Shown one piece after another: positions 19,745 through 28,996 of a stretch of 64,000 nt of DNA. A program made the position numbers and the translations under genes. The stretch lies in the NCBI GenBank assembly GCA_965242865.1, contig CBDETK010000013.1, positions 4,416,001 through 4,480,000 on the forward strand, written 5' to 3'. How positions within the stretch are numbered: the stretch's first letter is position 1; each line of letters opens with the position of its first letter. The notes beneath the pieces were generated by a model. The model was not told where the DNA came from. It ran no database searches and worked only from the letters and a program-made list of their open reading frames with translations. The DNA comes from Candidatus Latescibacterota bacterium (GTDB taxonomy: Bacteria; Latescibacterota; UBA2968; UBA8231).

Positions 19745-19800
19745 CAACTAGTAATTAAATGTCAACAAATTACTAATTAATACTAAATTAGTAATTAAAT
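19745..19800. promoter_or_regulatory. AT-rich operator/promoter with 11-bp inverted repeat
   Basis: AATTACTAATT-N7-AATTAGTAATT at 19768-19796; TAGTAATTAAAT repeated at 19749 and 19789; minus-strand TTGACA at 19765-19760. Confidence 0.7.
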
Positions 19801-19875
19801 CCCCGCTGCCGAGCCATTCGACAGGCCGCAAACGATCCTGCTACTGAGTGTATTCTATCCGCTGCCCGTTCACTT

Positions 19876-19904
19876 TTGCAGGCCGTAGCCACAGCCCCTA
19901 TAAT
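19876..19904 (+). promoter_or_regulatory. Sigma70-type promoter
   Basis: TTGCAG-17 nt-TATAAT, 43 nt upstream of ATG 19948. Confidence 0.7.
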
Positions 19905-19947
19905 TGGGCCGTGTGCAAGAGACTCAAACCGAAACAGGAGCGATATA

Positions 19948-20415
19948 ATGAAACAGCTCCTCGTGGCCTTGGCGGCCCTTGCGCTGGCAGCCTGTGGCCG
20001 AGAACCCCCGGTGGACCTCATCCCCGCCCGCATTGTCGATGTGCGCGACTTTGGCACCGATGGAGTGGCGGTCGTGCTCAAAGGGGACGACGTGCCGCCG
20101 CTACCCATTATCATCGGCCACTGCGAGGCGCGGGCGTTAGTCGGGGCCATGCAGGACGAGGATTTCCCGCGCCCGCTCGCGTACGATCTGTTGGAAGCGA
20201 TGCTGGAGAAGTTGCAAGGCGAGGTAATGCACCTCGTCGTCCACAGCATCAAGGACAACACCTTTCACGCCAATTTGTACATTGAAACCGCGGCCGGCGA
20301 GTGGGTGCTCGATTGCCGGCCCAGCGACGGCATGGTGCTGGTCACGCGCCTCGGCGCCCCCATCTACTTGCGGCCGCGGCTTTTTGAGCCCAAAGACCTA
20401 AGCCCACAGGTATAA
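19948..20415 (+). CDS. Bifunctional nuclease (BFN/DUF151) domain protein with lipoprotein signal
   Basis: LPIIIGHCEA, PRPLAYDL, FHANL, LDCRPSDG, APIY; N-terminus MKQLLVALAALALAAC; RBS AGGAG. Confidence 0.85.
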   Translation: MKQLLVALAALALAACGREPPVDLIPARIVDVRDFGTDGVAVVLKGDDVPPLPIIIGHCEARALVGAMQDEDFPRPLAYDLLEAMLEKLQGEVMHLVVHSIKDNTFHANLYIETAAGEWVLDCRPSDGMVLVTRLGAPIYLRPRLFEPKDLSPQV

Positions 20416-20431
20416 CCAAGAGGCGAGTGCC

Positions 20432-21433
20432 ATGCCCTATCGCGTCGGCCTCGTGGGCACGGGCGGCATTGCCCGCGCTCACGGCCGGGCCTGTCAGCAG
20501 ATCGCCGCAGCCGAACTCGTGGCTGTCTGCGACGTGTCCGCAGCGCAGTTAGCGCGCTACGGCGAGGAGTTCGGCGTTGCAGCGCGCTACACCGATCTCG
20601 ACGCCATGCTCCGCGAGGCCGAGCTAGACATTGCCATCATCTGCACTTGGGGCGCCTCTCACGCCGAGACCGGGATTCGGCTCTGCAATTCGGGGCGGGT
20701 CCAAGCCGTACTCTGCGAAAAGCCCTTCACCCAAGACGCGGCTCAAGCAGCGGCCTTTGCTGCGGCCGGCCGGAAAAACCGCGTTCTCGTGGCCGAGGCG
20801 TTTAAGTTTCGCCATCACCCCATGCACCTGCGGGCCAAGGCCCTGATCGACGCGGGCGCGATCGGCGATGTAGTCGGCGTGCGGAGCACGTTTTGCACCA
20901 GTTCCGGGGGGGCACTTAGCGAGCGCACGCCCGAGTCGAACTGGCGCTTCAACAAGGCCAAAGGCGGCGGCAGTATCTACGACTTGGCCTGTTACAACAT
21001 TCACCATGCGCGGTTCGCGTTTGGCGAGGAGCCGGAGCGGGTGTTTGCCGCCCAGCAGCGAGGCCTAGAGACCGACGATGCCGCGTCCATTGTGCTCGTC
21101 TTTTCGCGGGGCCGCACCGCGCAAATCGCCGTAGGTTTTAATGCGTTCAGCTCGCAGTACGCGGAAATTTCCGGGCACCGCGGGATGCTGCGGCTAGACC
21201 AAGCGTGGAACAACGAGAACCGAGCCGTCGCCATAGAGCATCACACGCCGACTGGGGTAGAGGTCGTCGAATTCCCGCCCTGCTTTCAGTTTGCCTTGCA
21301 GTTGCAGCACCTGTGCGAGTGCTTGGCCGAGGGGCGACCGCATCGGATCGCACCGGAGCACAGCGTCGCGCAGATGCGGGTGTTAGACGCGGTGAAGGAA
21401 TCGATGGAGACGGGGCGGGCGGTGGCGTTGTAA
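20432..21433 (+). CDS. Gfo/Idh/MocA family oxidoreductase
   Basis: GLVGTGGIA, LCEKP, FRHHP, GGGSIYDLACY. Confidence 0.92.
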   Translation: MPYRVGLVGTGGIARAHGRACQQIAAAELVAVCDVSAAQLARYGEEFGVAARYTDLDAMLREAELDIAIICTWGASHAETGIRLCNSGRVQAVLCEKPFTQDAAQAAAFAAAGRKNRVLVAEAFKFRHHPMHLRAKALIDAGAIGDVVGVRSTFCTSSGGALSERTPESNWRFNKAKGGGSIYDLACYNIHHARFAFGEEPERVFAAQQRGLETDDAASIVLVFSRGRTAQIAVGFNAFSSQYAEISGHRGMLRLDQAWNNENRAVAIEHHTPTGVEVVEFPPCFQFALQLQHLCECLAEGRPHRIAPEHSVAQMRVLDAVKESMETGRAVAL

Positions 21434-21490
21434 AAGCGCACGCCCCATTCGCCCTCCTTGTGAACACTTTGACCAAAGAAAGGACGAATC

Positions 21491-22597
21491 ATGCGCGTTG
21501 GCATTATTGGACACACCGGCCGGGGCAATTACGGCCACTACCTCGACATGGCCTTTGTCGGGGTGGAAGGCGCGGAGATTGTGGCACTGGCCGATCCCGA
21601 CGAGGCTGGACGCCAAGCCGCCGTCGCCAAGACCGGAGCCCCCAAGGGATACGCCGATTACGTGGAAATGTTAGAGGCAGAGCGGCCGGATATTGCGGTG
21701 GTGGCCTCGCGGGAGATCGGCGATCATCTGGCGTTGGTGCTCAACTGCGTGGAGCGCGGCGCCCACGTGTACCTCGAAAAGCCGGTCGCGGCTTCGGTCT
21801 CCCAAGTTGACCAGATGATCGCCGCGCGCGACAAGGCCGGCGTGACAGTGGTGGTGGCGCATCCTTGGCGAGGGCATCCGCCGATCCAGCGGGTGGCGAT
21901 TCCGGCGATTAAGGCCGGGAAAATCGGCTCGCCGCGGCTGTGCCGGATCTATGGGATGGGCGGCGCGCACGGCGGGGATCAACTGTTTTTGGACTTGTAC
22001 CCGCATTTCTTTGACTTGCTCTATCAGTTGTTTGGGCCGCCGCTGTGGTGTCATGCCCATCTGACGCAGGACGGGCGCAGCGCGACGCCGGCGGATTTGC
22101 AGGAAGGCGTTGAAGGGATGGGCTTGGTGGCCGGCGATGGGATCAAGGCGTACTACGAGTTCCCGGGCGGAGTAGTGGCCGATTTTGAGTCCTACCGGGG
22201 CGACGGCAAGGAGAATCCCTACCGGATCGATATCCACGGGACCGAAGGGACTCTGTCGTTGCCCGGGCCGATGGTCAATTTGCCGGACATATACTACCAC
22301 CCGCTGGTCAACCCCGGGCTGATCAACGACTCGCGCTGGGAGGTCGTGCCTGCGTCGCCGCCGCCGGACGAGCACAAGTGGCTCAACGCCCACCGCCGCA
22401 TGGCGCGGTCCATGATCGACCTAATCGAAGGTCGTGCGCCGGAGTGGGAGTTGGTCGCGCTGGAGAATGCGCGGCTCTACCTAGAAATGGCGATGATGGC
22501 CCACGCCTCGCATCGGGCCGGAGCGCGGGTTGAGCTGCCGCTGGCGAGCACGGCGAATCCGTTTGACGACTGGGCGTTAGGAATCGATGCGACATAA
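21491..22597 (+). CDS. Gfo/Idh/MocA family oxidoreductase
   Basis: GIIGHTGRGNYGH, YLEKPV, DLYPHFFD, IHGTEG; RBS AAAGGA. Confidence 0.9.
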   Translation: MRVGIIGHTGRGNYGHYLDMAFVGVEGAEIVALADPDEAGRQAAVAKTGAPKGYADYVEMLEAERPDIAVVASREIGDHLALVLNCVERGAHVYLEKPVAASVSQVDQMIAARDKAGVTVVVAHPWRGHPPIQRVAIPAIKAGKIGSPRLCRIYGMGGAHGGDQLFLDLYPHFFDLLYQLFGPPLWCHAHLTQDGRSATPADLQEGVEGMGLVAGDGIKAYYEFPGGVVADFESYRGDGKENPYRIDIHGTEGTLSLPGPMVNLPDIYYHPLVNPGLINDSRWEVVPASPPPDEHKWLNAHRRMARSMIDLIEGRAPEWELVALENARLYLEMAMMAHASHRAGARVELPLASTANPFDDWALGIDAT

Positions 22598-22672
22598 GGA
22601 AAGTCGAGCACTAGTAGCTGATCCAGTGATTCCCATAGTGCAGTGCCAATTTTTTGCCAGTCTTTTGCTTTG

Positions 22673-24742
22673 CTAGTACGCGACCCCGACGACGCGGCTT
22701 TGCTCGGCGTCGCCCGAATCACCAGCGACAAAGACGCGGGCCACGTACAGGCCCGGAGGAACGGCGCGACCGTGGTCGTCGCGGCCATCCCACGCTTTGT
22801 CTGTGTAGCGGCCATTGGCCTCTTCGCCGGCAAAGAGGACGCGCACGCGCCGGCCGCTCAAGTCGTAGAGCGCGACCTCAACCGGCCGCGGGGTGCTCAG
22901 TGCCAGCAGGTTGTAGAGGATGATCGCCTCGTCGTTGATGCCGTCGCCATTGGGGGTAAACGGATTGGGCGCAGCCTGCACTTGGCCCAACAGCTGCCCC
23001 TCGGCCAATACGGACGGGCTGAGTACCGTGGTGCCGGAAAAGGCGTCCTCGTCGCCCGCGCCCAAAAAGGCCACATTGCCCGGGTCGATCACTTGGGCGG
23101 CGCTCGGCTCGGTCGTGCTCCGCGCCGCGGCGGTGAAGTTGGTGCTGTACGTCAGCACGTTGGTCTGGAAGCGAATATGCACCTGCGTCTGGTCTTCGGT
23201 CACCGCGGGGAAGCGCACGGCAAAGCGGTCGTCGGCCACCTCGACAATGGCGAAGTCCCCACTCGCCTCGTCGAGATCGTGGTGCTCGGCCGCGATCGCG
23301 CCATTGGCATGGACGATCTGCACTGCGTCGATGCTCGACACGCGCGTCGGCGTGTTGATCTCAACGGTGTCGAAGCCGCGCAGGCCGGCCGTACCCATGG
23401 CGGCGCGCACGGCAAAGGTAAAGGACACTTCCTCAGCCACCGTTACCTCGCGGGGAAAGACTTCGCCGACCAAGGCGTCGGCAAACGGCGGCGTCAACAG
23501 CTCGAAGCTCAGCGCCCGGATCACCCGCGCCGCCTCTAGGTCGCTGCTGTTAAAAACGACCTCGAACTGCATGTAGCGGCGCGGGCTAGGCGAGACAATA
23601 GGCCCGTCCGCCGGATACGGCGTGCTGAAGGGGCTCCAATTGATCAGGTCGTCGGTCACGGCCCCGGCCATCCACTCGCGGCCGGCCGCATCGGTAACGG
23701 GCGTCTGGCCGGCCTTTTGGGGAAAGGTGCGGTACTCGGCTAGGCCCATCTCCTCCCCGGGGTTTTCCAGCGAAAAAGGGATGTCCTCGGCGTCTTGCTT
23801 GCCGCGCAGGCGGCGGGTGTACACAAAGGGCGAGGTGTCCGTGCCGGTGCGCGTGCGGATCTGCGCGCTGGAGAAGCGCGGGTCGCCCAACGCCTCTTCC
23901 ACCCAGCGCAGAGTGCCCCACACGGCCGGTTGCCCGGCGTCGAAAATGTTGGACACGTACTGGGCCCGCGACAAAAAGCCCTTGCCGAAAACCTCGATCT
24001 CGTCGATCTCAAAATCCACCGGCGAAGTCGCCCGCAAGCGCAGGTGCTGGACGTAGCGCGGGGGGTCGAGCGGCACGTCGATAACCGCAACTTGATTGTC
24101 GGTTTCGGCGATCAGGGGCTTCCAGATTGGGGTGTTCTCGCTGGTCAGGTTTAGGCCGTCGTTGGTAAACAGCTCGTAAGCCCGTAGGTAGTCGTTTTGG
24201 AAGGGGGTTGAGGGCGAGGCGACGACCGTGTTGCGCGGATAGATGCGGATCCGCTCCACCCCGAAGCGCGCTCCTAAATTGAGCAATACCAAGATGCCGA
24301 GGGCGTTCTGGCTCTTGCGCTCAAAGGCCAACAACTCGCCGCCCGGCTCGTCCGCGAGCAGCTCCTTTAACATCATCTCCAAGTCGAGCGGCTTGAACGT
24401 GCCACTGAAGTCGAAGACGTTGGGCGATTCAATGGTGCCGCCGCGGTCGATGGTGCCGACAGCCACGTTTTCTCCCTCGGCAATGCGCCGGGGCAGGATG
24501 CTGTGGGCAAAGTCCTCGCGGGTGAATTCGATTAAGTCGCCGGGCGCATTGCCCACCAGCAGGTTGTTGGGGTTCAAGGGCGAGCGGTGCTCGGCGTCTA
24601 TCGTAGAGACGGCCGCCTCGCCGTTGCCCTGCCAGTCCAAGTCGCCGCCCTCTCCAATCGAGACCGCGTCGAGGGCCAAACCTCCGCTCGACAGATAGAG
24701 CACCCAGGCGAAGCTAGCGGCCGCAGCACAATGCGCTTTCAT
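22673..24742 (-). CDS. Secreted paralog 1: discoidin-like domain + conserved core + FlgD-Ig/T9SS-B-like C-terminal domain
   Basis: RBS GGAGGA before ATG 24742, signal peptide, NLG, EIEVFGKGF, RTRTG, WSPFS, SPSPRRY, GFD, FTPNGDGIND, WDGRD, PGLY, ends GVAY. Confidence 0.8.
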   Translation of the reverse strand: MKAHCAAAASFAWVLYLSSGGLALDAVSIGEGGDLDWQGNGEAAVSTIDAEHRSPLNPNNLLVGNAPGDLIEFTREDFAHSILPRRIAEGENVAVGTIDRGGTIESPNVFDFSGTFKPLDLEMMLKELLADEPGGELLAFERKSQNALGILVLLNLGARFGVERIRIYPRNTVVASPSTPFQNDYLRAYELFTNDGLNLTSENTPIWKPLIAETDNQVAVIDVPLDPPRYVQHLRLRATSPVDFEIDEIEVFGKGFLSRAQYVSNIFDAGQPAVWGTLRWVEEALGDPRFSSAQIRTRTGTDTSPFVYTRRLRGKQDAEDIPFSLENPGEEMGLAEYRTFPQKAGQTPVTDAAGREWMAGAVTDDLINWSPFSTPYPADGPIVSPSPRRYMQFEVVFNSSDLEAARVIRALSFELLTPPFADALVGEVFPREVTVAEEVSFTFAVRAAMGTAGLRGFDTVEINTPTRVSSIDAVQIVHANGAIAAEHHDLDEASGDFAIVEVADDRFAVRFPAVTEDQTQVHIRFQTNVLTYSTNFTAAARSTTEPSAAQVIDPGNVAFLGAGDEDAFSGTTVLSPSVLAEGQLLGQVQAAPNPFTPNGDGINDEAIILYNLLALSTPRPVEVALYDLSGRRVRVLFAGEEANGRYTDKAWDGRDDHGRAVPPGLYVARVFVAGDSGDAEQSRVVGVAY

Positions 24743-24890
24743 TGCAATCCTCCGTGCGATTTGCGGCATAAAACAACCAAAGTACCGGCATAAATCAAGT
24801 TGAGCGCGGCTCGCCCGGCCCATGCCGAACTTGCTAAACGGCCCTCTCCTTTTCTTAATTACCAGCACTCAGTACTCAAGGAAGAGACCC

Positions 24891-27011
24891 ATGCAGCGCA
24901 TCATCGCTTTGTGTTTCCTGCTCGTCCTGTCCATGGCGCCGGCGCACGGCCGCGGGGAGTTTCGCGTTGGCGGGGCCGCTGGCAACCCTTGGTCCAGCCT
25001 GCTGTCGGAAGAAGGGGCCGGCGAGTACTGGCTCTTTGATGCCGAGGGCCAGCGCACGAGCACCGAACTCGTGGGCGTCACGCCCCACGGCGCGGCCGCC
25101 GACACCCTGATTGACTTTGCCGACGACGCCATTGGGCCGCGCTTCATCGACCCATTGGTCAATCTGACCCGCACCGATCCCAATTCCTCGTCCATCAAAA
25201 TTCCCCTGCCCTATATCGGCGGCGAGGCCCAGACCACCGATGGCTGCGGTGCGGTCGATAACCACACGCCCGTAGTCAAGAAGCAATTCGATGGCGATGT
25301 GACCACGGCGCACTTTCGTCGCTTCACCCCCGGTCAAGGCATCTTCAGCGGCGGCACCATCATCGCCGGGGTCACGGGCGAAGGCTGGAAAAACTCCGTG
25401 GTCATCGATTTTCGGGCGGCCGTACCGGTCAACCGCATTCGCTTCTTTCCGCGCCTCGGCCAAGAGGACGACCTATTGCTCATCAACGAACTCACCGAGC
25501 CGCGGCCCTCGTTGGCAACCTTTGGCGTAGATAGCTTTGCCAGCAACTTTCTCGCGTGGTACGAAATCCGCGTCGGCGACAACAATGTGCGCTTTGCCAA
25601 CAGCCCCTGCGACAAGGTCAGTGCCAACCTCTACGGCCTGCGCTGGGTGCGCAACCAAGACCCCGAGCTGACCGTGCTCGAATCCAACCGCGAAAACCTC
25701 GACCCCGTAGTAGAGCTGCGCTTTCCCACCGAGTCGATCCGCTGGATCACGGCCCAAGCCTTCCCCTTGCGCGACTGGGAGGTCGCTGAATTTGAGGTGT
25801 ACGGCGAGGGCTTTGTCGAGGAGACCGTGCTCGTCACCCAGATTCTCGACTTTGGCCAGCCGATCAACTGGGGCAAAATTCGCTGGGACGCCGCGGTGCC
25901 CGAGGGCACTCGCATTGAGGTCCGCACCCGCACCGGCAACACCCCGGACCCCAGCCTCTATTTCGCCGAAAACATCAACGGCGACATCCGCCCGATCACC
26001 TTGGCCGCGTACGAAAAGCTCGACCCGTCCGGCCGCCTGCCCACCGTGTACGACACCGACAACTGGAGCTTCTGGTCGCCGCCCTACGACTTTGCCGCGG
26101 GCTTGCGCGACAGCGCGGCACCGGACGAGGCGTGGCGCGACGGTACGCCGCTGTTGTCGCCCGGGCCGAGCCGCTACATCCAGCTCTCCTTTCGCCTGTT
26201 CGCCACCTTTACCACCGCGCCCCGCATCCGCTCCCTCGCGCTCCAATTCGGCAATGCACCGGCCGCCCGCGAAGTCCTCGGCGAGGTGTGGCCCATTGCC
26301 GTTGATTCCTTTGCGCCGCGGGAGTTTACGTACATCGTCCGGCCGGAGTTCAGTGCCGAAGACACCGGCTTTGACCGGCTGGAAATCCGCACGCACGCCC
26401 AAGTCCAATCCGTCGCGGGAGTTAGACGCGACGGCACCGCACTCGACTTGGACGACTTTGTCCCAAATATCCAAGCCGACCGCCTCGTGGTGTCCTTTCC
26501 CCGCCTGCAAGGCGAGGACGACAGCTTCAAGCAGCTCGAAGTGCGCTTTGTGGTGCCGGTCTTGCGCTTTGGCACCGAGTTTTCGGGCTGGGTTTTCGAC
26601 AGCGACGACCCCGATCAGATCAAACAGCAAGTCCGCCCGGGCAACGCCACCTTTCGCTTTTCGGGCGACGCGCTCGCGGTCAACACGCCCGTTGGCGGCC
26701 GGCTCCTCGTCAATGTGGCGGTGACTTCCAACCCACTTACGCCGAATGGCGACGGGCTGAACGAGACCGTGGAAATTGCCTACAAGCTGCGCGAGGTCAC
26801 GGCTGTTCGCCGGGTGCGGCTGGCGATCTACGACCTCGCCGGCCAGCTCGTGGTCGAGCTGCCGCCCATTGCCGCACGCAGCGGCGAGTTCGCCCATCGC
26901 TGGGACGGCCGCGACGCCGCTCGGCAACTCGTCCCCCCGGGCACCTATATCTGGCGGCTGCAATTAGAAGAGCAAGAAGAACGCGCCGGCATCCTCGCGG
27001 TTGCGTACTGA
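24891..27011 (+). CDS. Secreted paralog 2 of the same family
   Basis: Signal peptide MQRIIALCFLLVLSMAPAHG; IDF, EFEVYGEGF, RTRTG, WSFWS, SPGPSRY, GFDR, TPNGDGLNE, WDGRD, ends AVAY. Confidence 0.8.
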   Translation: MQRIIALCFLLVLSMAPAHGRGEFRVGGAAGNPWSSLLSEEGAGEYWLFDAEGQRTSTELVGVTPHGAAADTLIDFADDAIGPRFIDPLVNLTRTDPNSSSIKIPLPYIGGEAQTTDGCGAVDNHTPVVKKQFDGDVTTAHFRRFTPGQGIFSGGTIIAGVTGEGWKNSVVIDFRAAVPVNRIRFFPRLGQEDDLLLINELTEPRPSLATFGVDSFASNFLAWYEIRVGDNNVRFANSPCDKVSANLYGLRWVRNQDPELTVLESNRENLDPVVELRFPTESIRWITAQAFPLRDWEVAEFEVYGEGFVEETVLVTQILDFGQPINWGKIRWDAAVPEGTRIEVRTRTGNTPDPSLYFAENINGDIRPITLAAYEKLDPSGRLPTVYDTDNWSFWSPPYDFAAGLRDSAAPDEAWRDGTPLLSPGPSRYIQLSFRLFATFTTAPRIRSLALQFGNAPAAREVLGEVWPIAVDSFAPREFTYIVRPEFSAEDTGFDRLEIRTHAQVQSVAGVRRDGTALDLDDFVPNIQADRLVVSFPRLQGEDDSFKQLEVRFVVPVLRFGTEFSGWVFDSDDPDQIKQQVRPGNATFRFSGDALAVNTPVGGRLLVNVAVTSNPLTPNGDGLNETVEIAYKLREVTAVRRVRLAIYDLAGQLVVELPPIAARSGEFAHRWDGRDAARQLVPPGTYIWRLQLEEQEERAGILAVAY

Positions 27012-27016
27012 TAACC

Positions 27017-27048
27017 GCGGCCGGGCTTGTTCCCTCGCCGCTTTTTTT
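27017..27048 (+). terminator. Probable intrinsic terminator
   Basis: Imperfect GC stem (gcggccggg/ccctcgccgc) followed by T7, right after the stop at 27011. Confidence 0.55.
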
Positions 27049-27054
27049 GTACCT

Positions 27055-27111
27055 TTGCTCTCAATTGAGCCATTAAGTAGTATCAAACTTGTGTAAACGC
27101 TTGTTTACACA
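27055..27111 (+). promoter_or_regulatory. Sigma70-like promoter followed by a palindromic operator
   Basis: TTGCTC-17 nt-TAGTAT (27055-27083), then TGTGTAAAC-GCTT-GTTTACACA (27090-27111). Confidence 0.65.
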
Positions 27112-27146
27112 GCATTTATCACTTACTCCTAAGGAGGGTTTTCGCT

Positions 27147-28058
27147 ATGCAAGAGCGGACCAAATTCGTCTTAGCGGCCGCGCTGGTCATGGGCTTGTGC
27201 GGTACGTCCTTTGGCCACGCGCCTCCCGGCGAGCTTTACTTCGCCGTGCAATTCCCCGACAACCTCGTCCCCACGATGGACGGCGACCTGTCGGACTGGG
27301 ATGTCGTGCCGATTGATCCGTACACGATCCGCAACGACCGCCTCTACTCGCCGGTGGCCGATATTCAGCCGGTGGGCCGCGGCGAGATCGATGTCAGCGA
27401 CATCAACATCCGCCACCTCATCGGCTGGAACGACAGCGCGAACAAGCTCTACTACATGTCCGAGGTGTTCGACAATGTCCACAACCTAGACCGCGAAAAT
27501 CCCTCGGCCTTCTGGCAGGACGACGCTTGGGAAGTAGAGGTCAACCCGGACCACACGCCGACCGAGGAGCACAACCTCGAAGGCGAGCCGGCCAACAACT
27601 TCAGCTACAAGTGGGCCGTGCCGCCGGTGGAAGGGGCCTATCAGTTCTACCGTCCGGTCAGTGCGCTAGAGTGGCTGGTCGATGGCAGCGAATGGGTGGA
27701 CTTTGGCTGGGGGTACGACGGCGAGCAGTTCGGCGAGAGCACCTATTACTACGAGCTGGCCATCACGCCAATCACCTCGCTGCCCAACGACGCGTCGGCT
27801 ACTCCCGATCAGGCCGTGGTTTTCGATCTCGCGGAAGAGGAGATCATCCACACGTCTGTGACCGTGGGCGACTTCGACGAGCCATGCACCGAGTGTGCGC
27901 TCGAAAGCTATCAAGGCTTCTGGACCATGTCGCCGGAAATGTGCTGCACAGCCACCAACGACGTGGTGTTGGCCCCGCTAGAGCCTTCGATGGCGGCCGC
28001 AGCCGACGGGACCTCGGTCGAGGACGTGAGCTGGGGGCAGATCAAGGCCGCGTACTAA
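27147..28058 (+). CDS. Secreted CBM9/DOMON-like protein with C-terminal SVE..SWGQIK tail
   Basis: RBS AAGGAGG, signal peptide, PTMDGDLSDW, GWND...LYY...D, DDAWEV, YYYEL, very acidic, ends TSVEDVSWGQIKAAY. Confidence 0.7.
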   Translation: MQERTKFVLAAALVMGLCGTSFGHAPPGELYFAVQFPDNLVPTMDGDLSDWDVVPIDPYTIRNDRLYSPVADIQPVGRGEIDVSDINIRHLIGWNDSANKLYYMSEVFDNVHNLDRENPSAFWQDDAWEVEVNPDHTPTEEHNLEGEPANNFSYKWAVPPVEGAYQFYRPVSALEWLVDGSEWVDFGWGYDGEQFGESTYYYELAITPITSLPNDASATPDQAVVFDLAEEEIIHTSVTVGDFDEPCTECALESYQGFWTMSPEMCCTATNDVVLAPLEPSMAAAADGTSVEDVSWGQIKAAY

Positions 28059-28085
28059 AAGCGGCGACCGCTTCTTCAGGGTATG

Positions 28086-28124
28086 CAAACGCCCTGCTTC
28101 CTTCGGGGAGCAGGGCGTTTGTTT
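28086..28124. terminator. Strong (probably bidirectional) intrinsic terminator
   Basis: CAAACGCCCTGCTTCC-TTCG-GGGAGCAGGGCGTTTG hairpin between convergent genes. Confidence 0.85.
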
Positions 28125-28177
28125 GGATTCATCGCTAAAGGCATTTTTGGCCGACCTTCGAGCCAAGTTACGGCGGG

Positions 28178-28996
28178 CTACCCTTCCTCCCGCGCCACCT
28201 TCCCCTTGACGATCCGCTCGGCCAGCGGCGGCCACAAGGCGTGGACCACCGCCAGCAGCCGCAGCCGTCGAGGCACGTATAGCTGCGGCTGTCGCTTCTG
28301 CATCCCGCGCACAATGGCCTGCGCCGCAGCCTCCAAGCTCACGGCTTCGGCGCGGTGTTTGCGCGATGCAGCCCCCAACGCCTTCCCGTCCTTCCCCAGA
28401 GCGCGTTGCCGGAGATCGGTCCCCTTGAGCCAGTGCAAGAGCACGGTCATCACCCCCACCCCGCTAGCGGCCACCTCCATCCGCAGCGCGTCGCAAAACC
28501 CCTGCAGCGCGTGTTTGGACGCGGAATACCCACTGTGCAGCGGCACCCCCACCTGCCCCTGAATGGACGAAATGGCCACGAAAAGGCCCTTGCTTTTTTT
28601 AAGATGCGGCAGCGCTGGATGCACGCAGTACACAGCCCCCAAGTAATTCACCTCCATCAGGGTGCGGAACAACGCCACCTCCTCGACCGCGGCAAATTCG
28701 GTCCACATGCTGAGGCCGGCGTTGGCGACCAAGTAGTCTATGCGGCCAAAGCGTGCGATCGCGGCCGCGACCAGCCGCTGGCCGGCCTCGGCGCGGGCCA
28801 CATCCCCGACGACGGTTTGCACCTCGCTGCCCGCCTGCTCGCAGGCGCGGGCCACGGCCGCTAGCCGCTCGGCATTGCGCGCCAAAATGACCAGCCGCGC
28901 TTCCCGCTGGGCGCATTCCAACGCCAGCGTCGCGCCCAAGCCCGTAGAAGCCCCGGTGATAACGACGGTCTTATTGCTCAGGCTCGTCGGGCGCAC
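28178..28996 (-). CDS. Short-chain dehydrogenase/reductase (DHRS7/DHRS7B-like); start codon uncertain
   Basis: TGASTGLG, ANAG, ISSIQG, YSASK. Likely GTG start at 28996 overlaps the upstream oxidase stop. Confidence 0.88.
   Translation of the reverse strand: MRPTSLSNKTVVITGASTGLGATLALECAQREARLVILARNAERLAAVARACEQAGSEVQTVVGDVARAEAGQRLVAAAIARFGRIDYLVANAGLSMWTEFAAVEEVALFRTLMEVNYLGAVYCVHPALPHLKKSKGLFVAISSIQGQVGVPLHSGYSASKHALQGFCDALRMEVAASGVGVMTVLLHWLKGTDLRQRALGKDGKALGAASRKHRAEAVSLEAAAQAIVRGMQKRQPQLYVPRRLRLLAVVHALWPPLAERIVKGKVAREEG

Noticed and set aside
24743-24890. Overlapping extended starts of the two divergent paralogs (24868 and 24822)
   Set aside because: Signal peptides and RBSs place the starts at 24742 and 24891.
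25473-26963. Long antisense ORFs (e.g. 496 aa here, 57710..59020 shifted frame, 60348..61661, 47719..48930, 29928..31097)
   Set aside because: Shadow ORFs expected in GC-rich coding DNA; no motifs, and each is fully overlapped by a well-supported gene.
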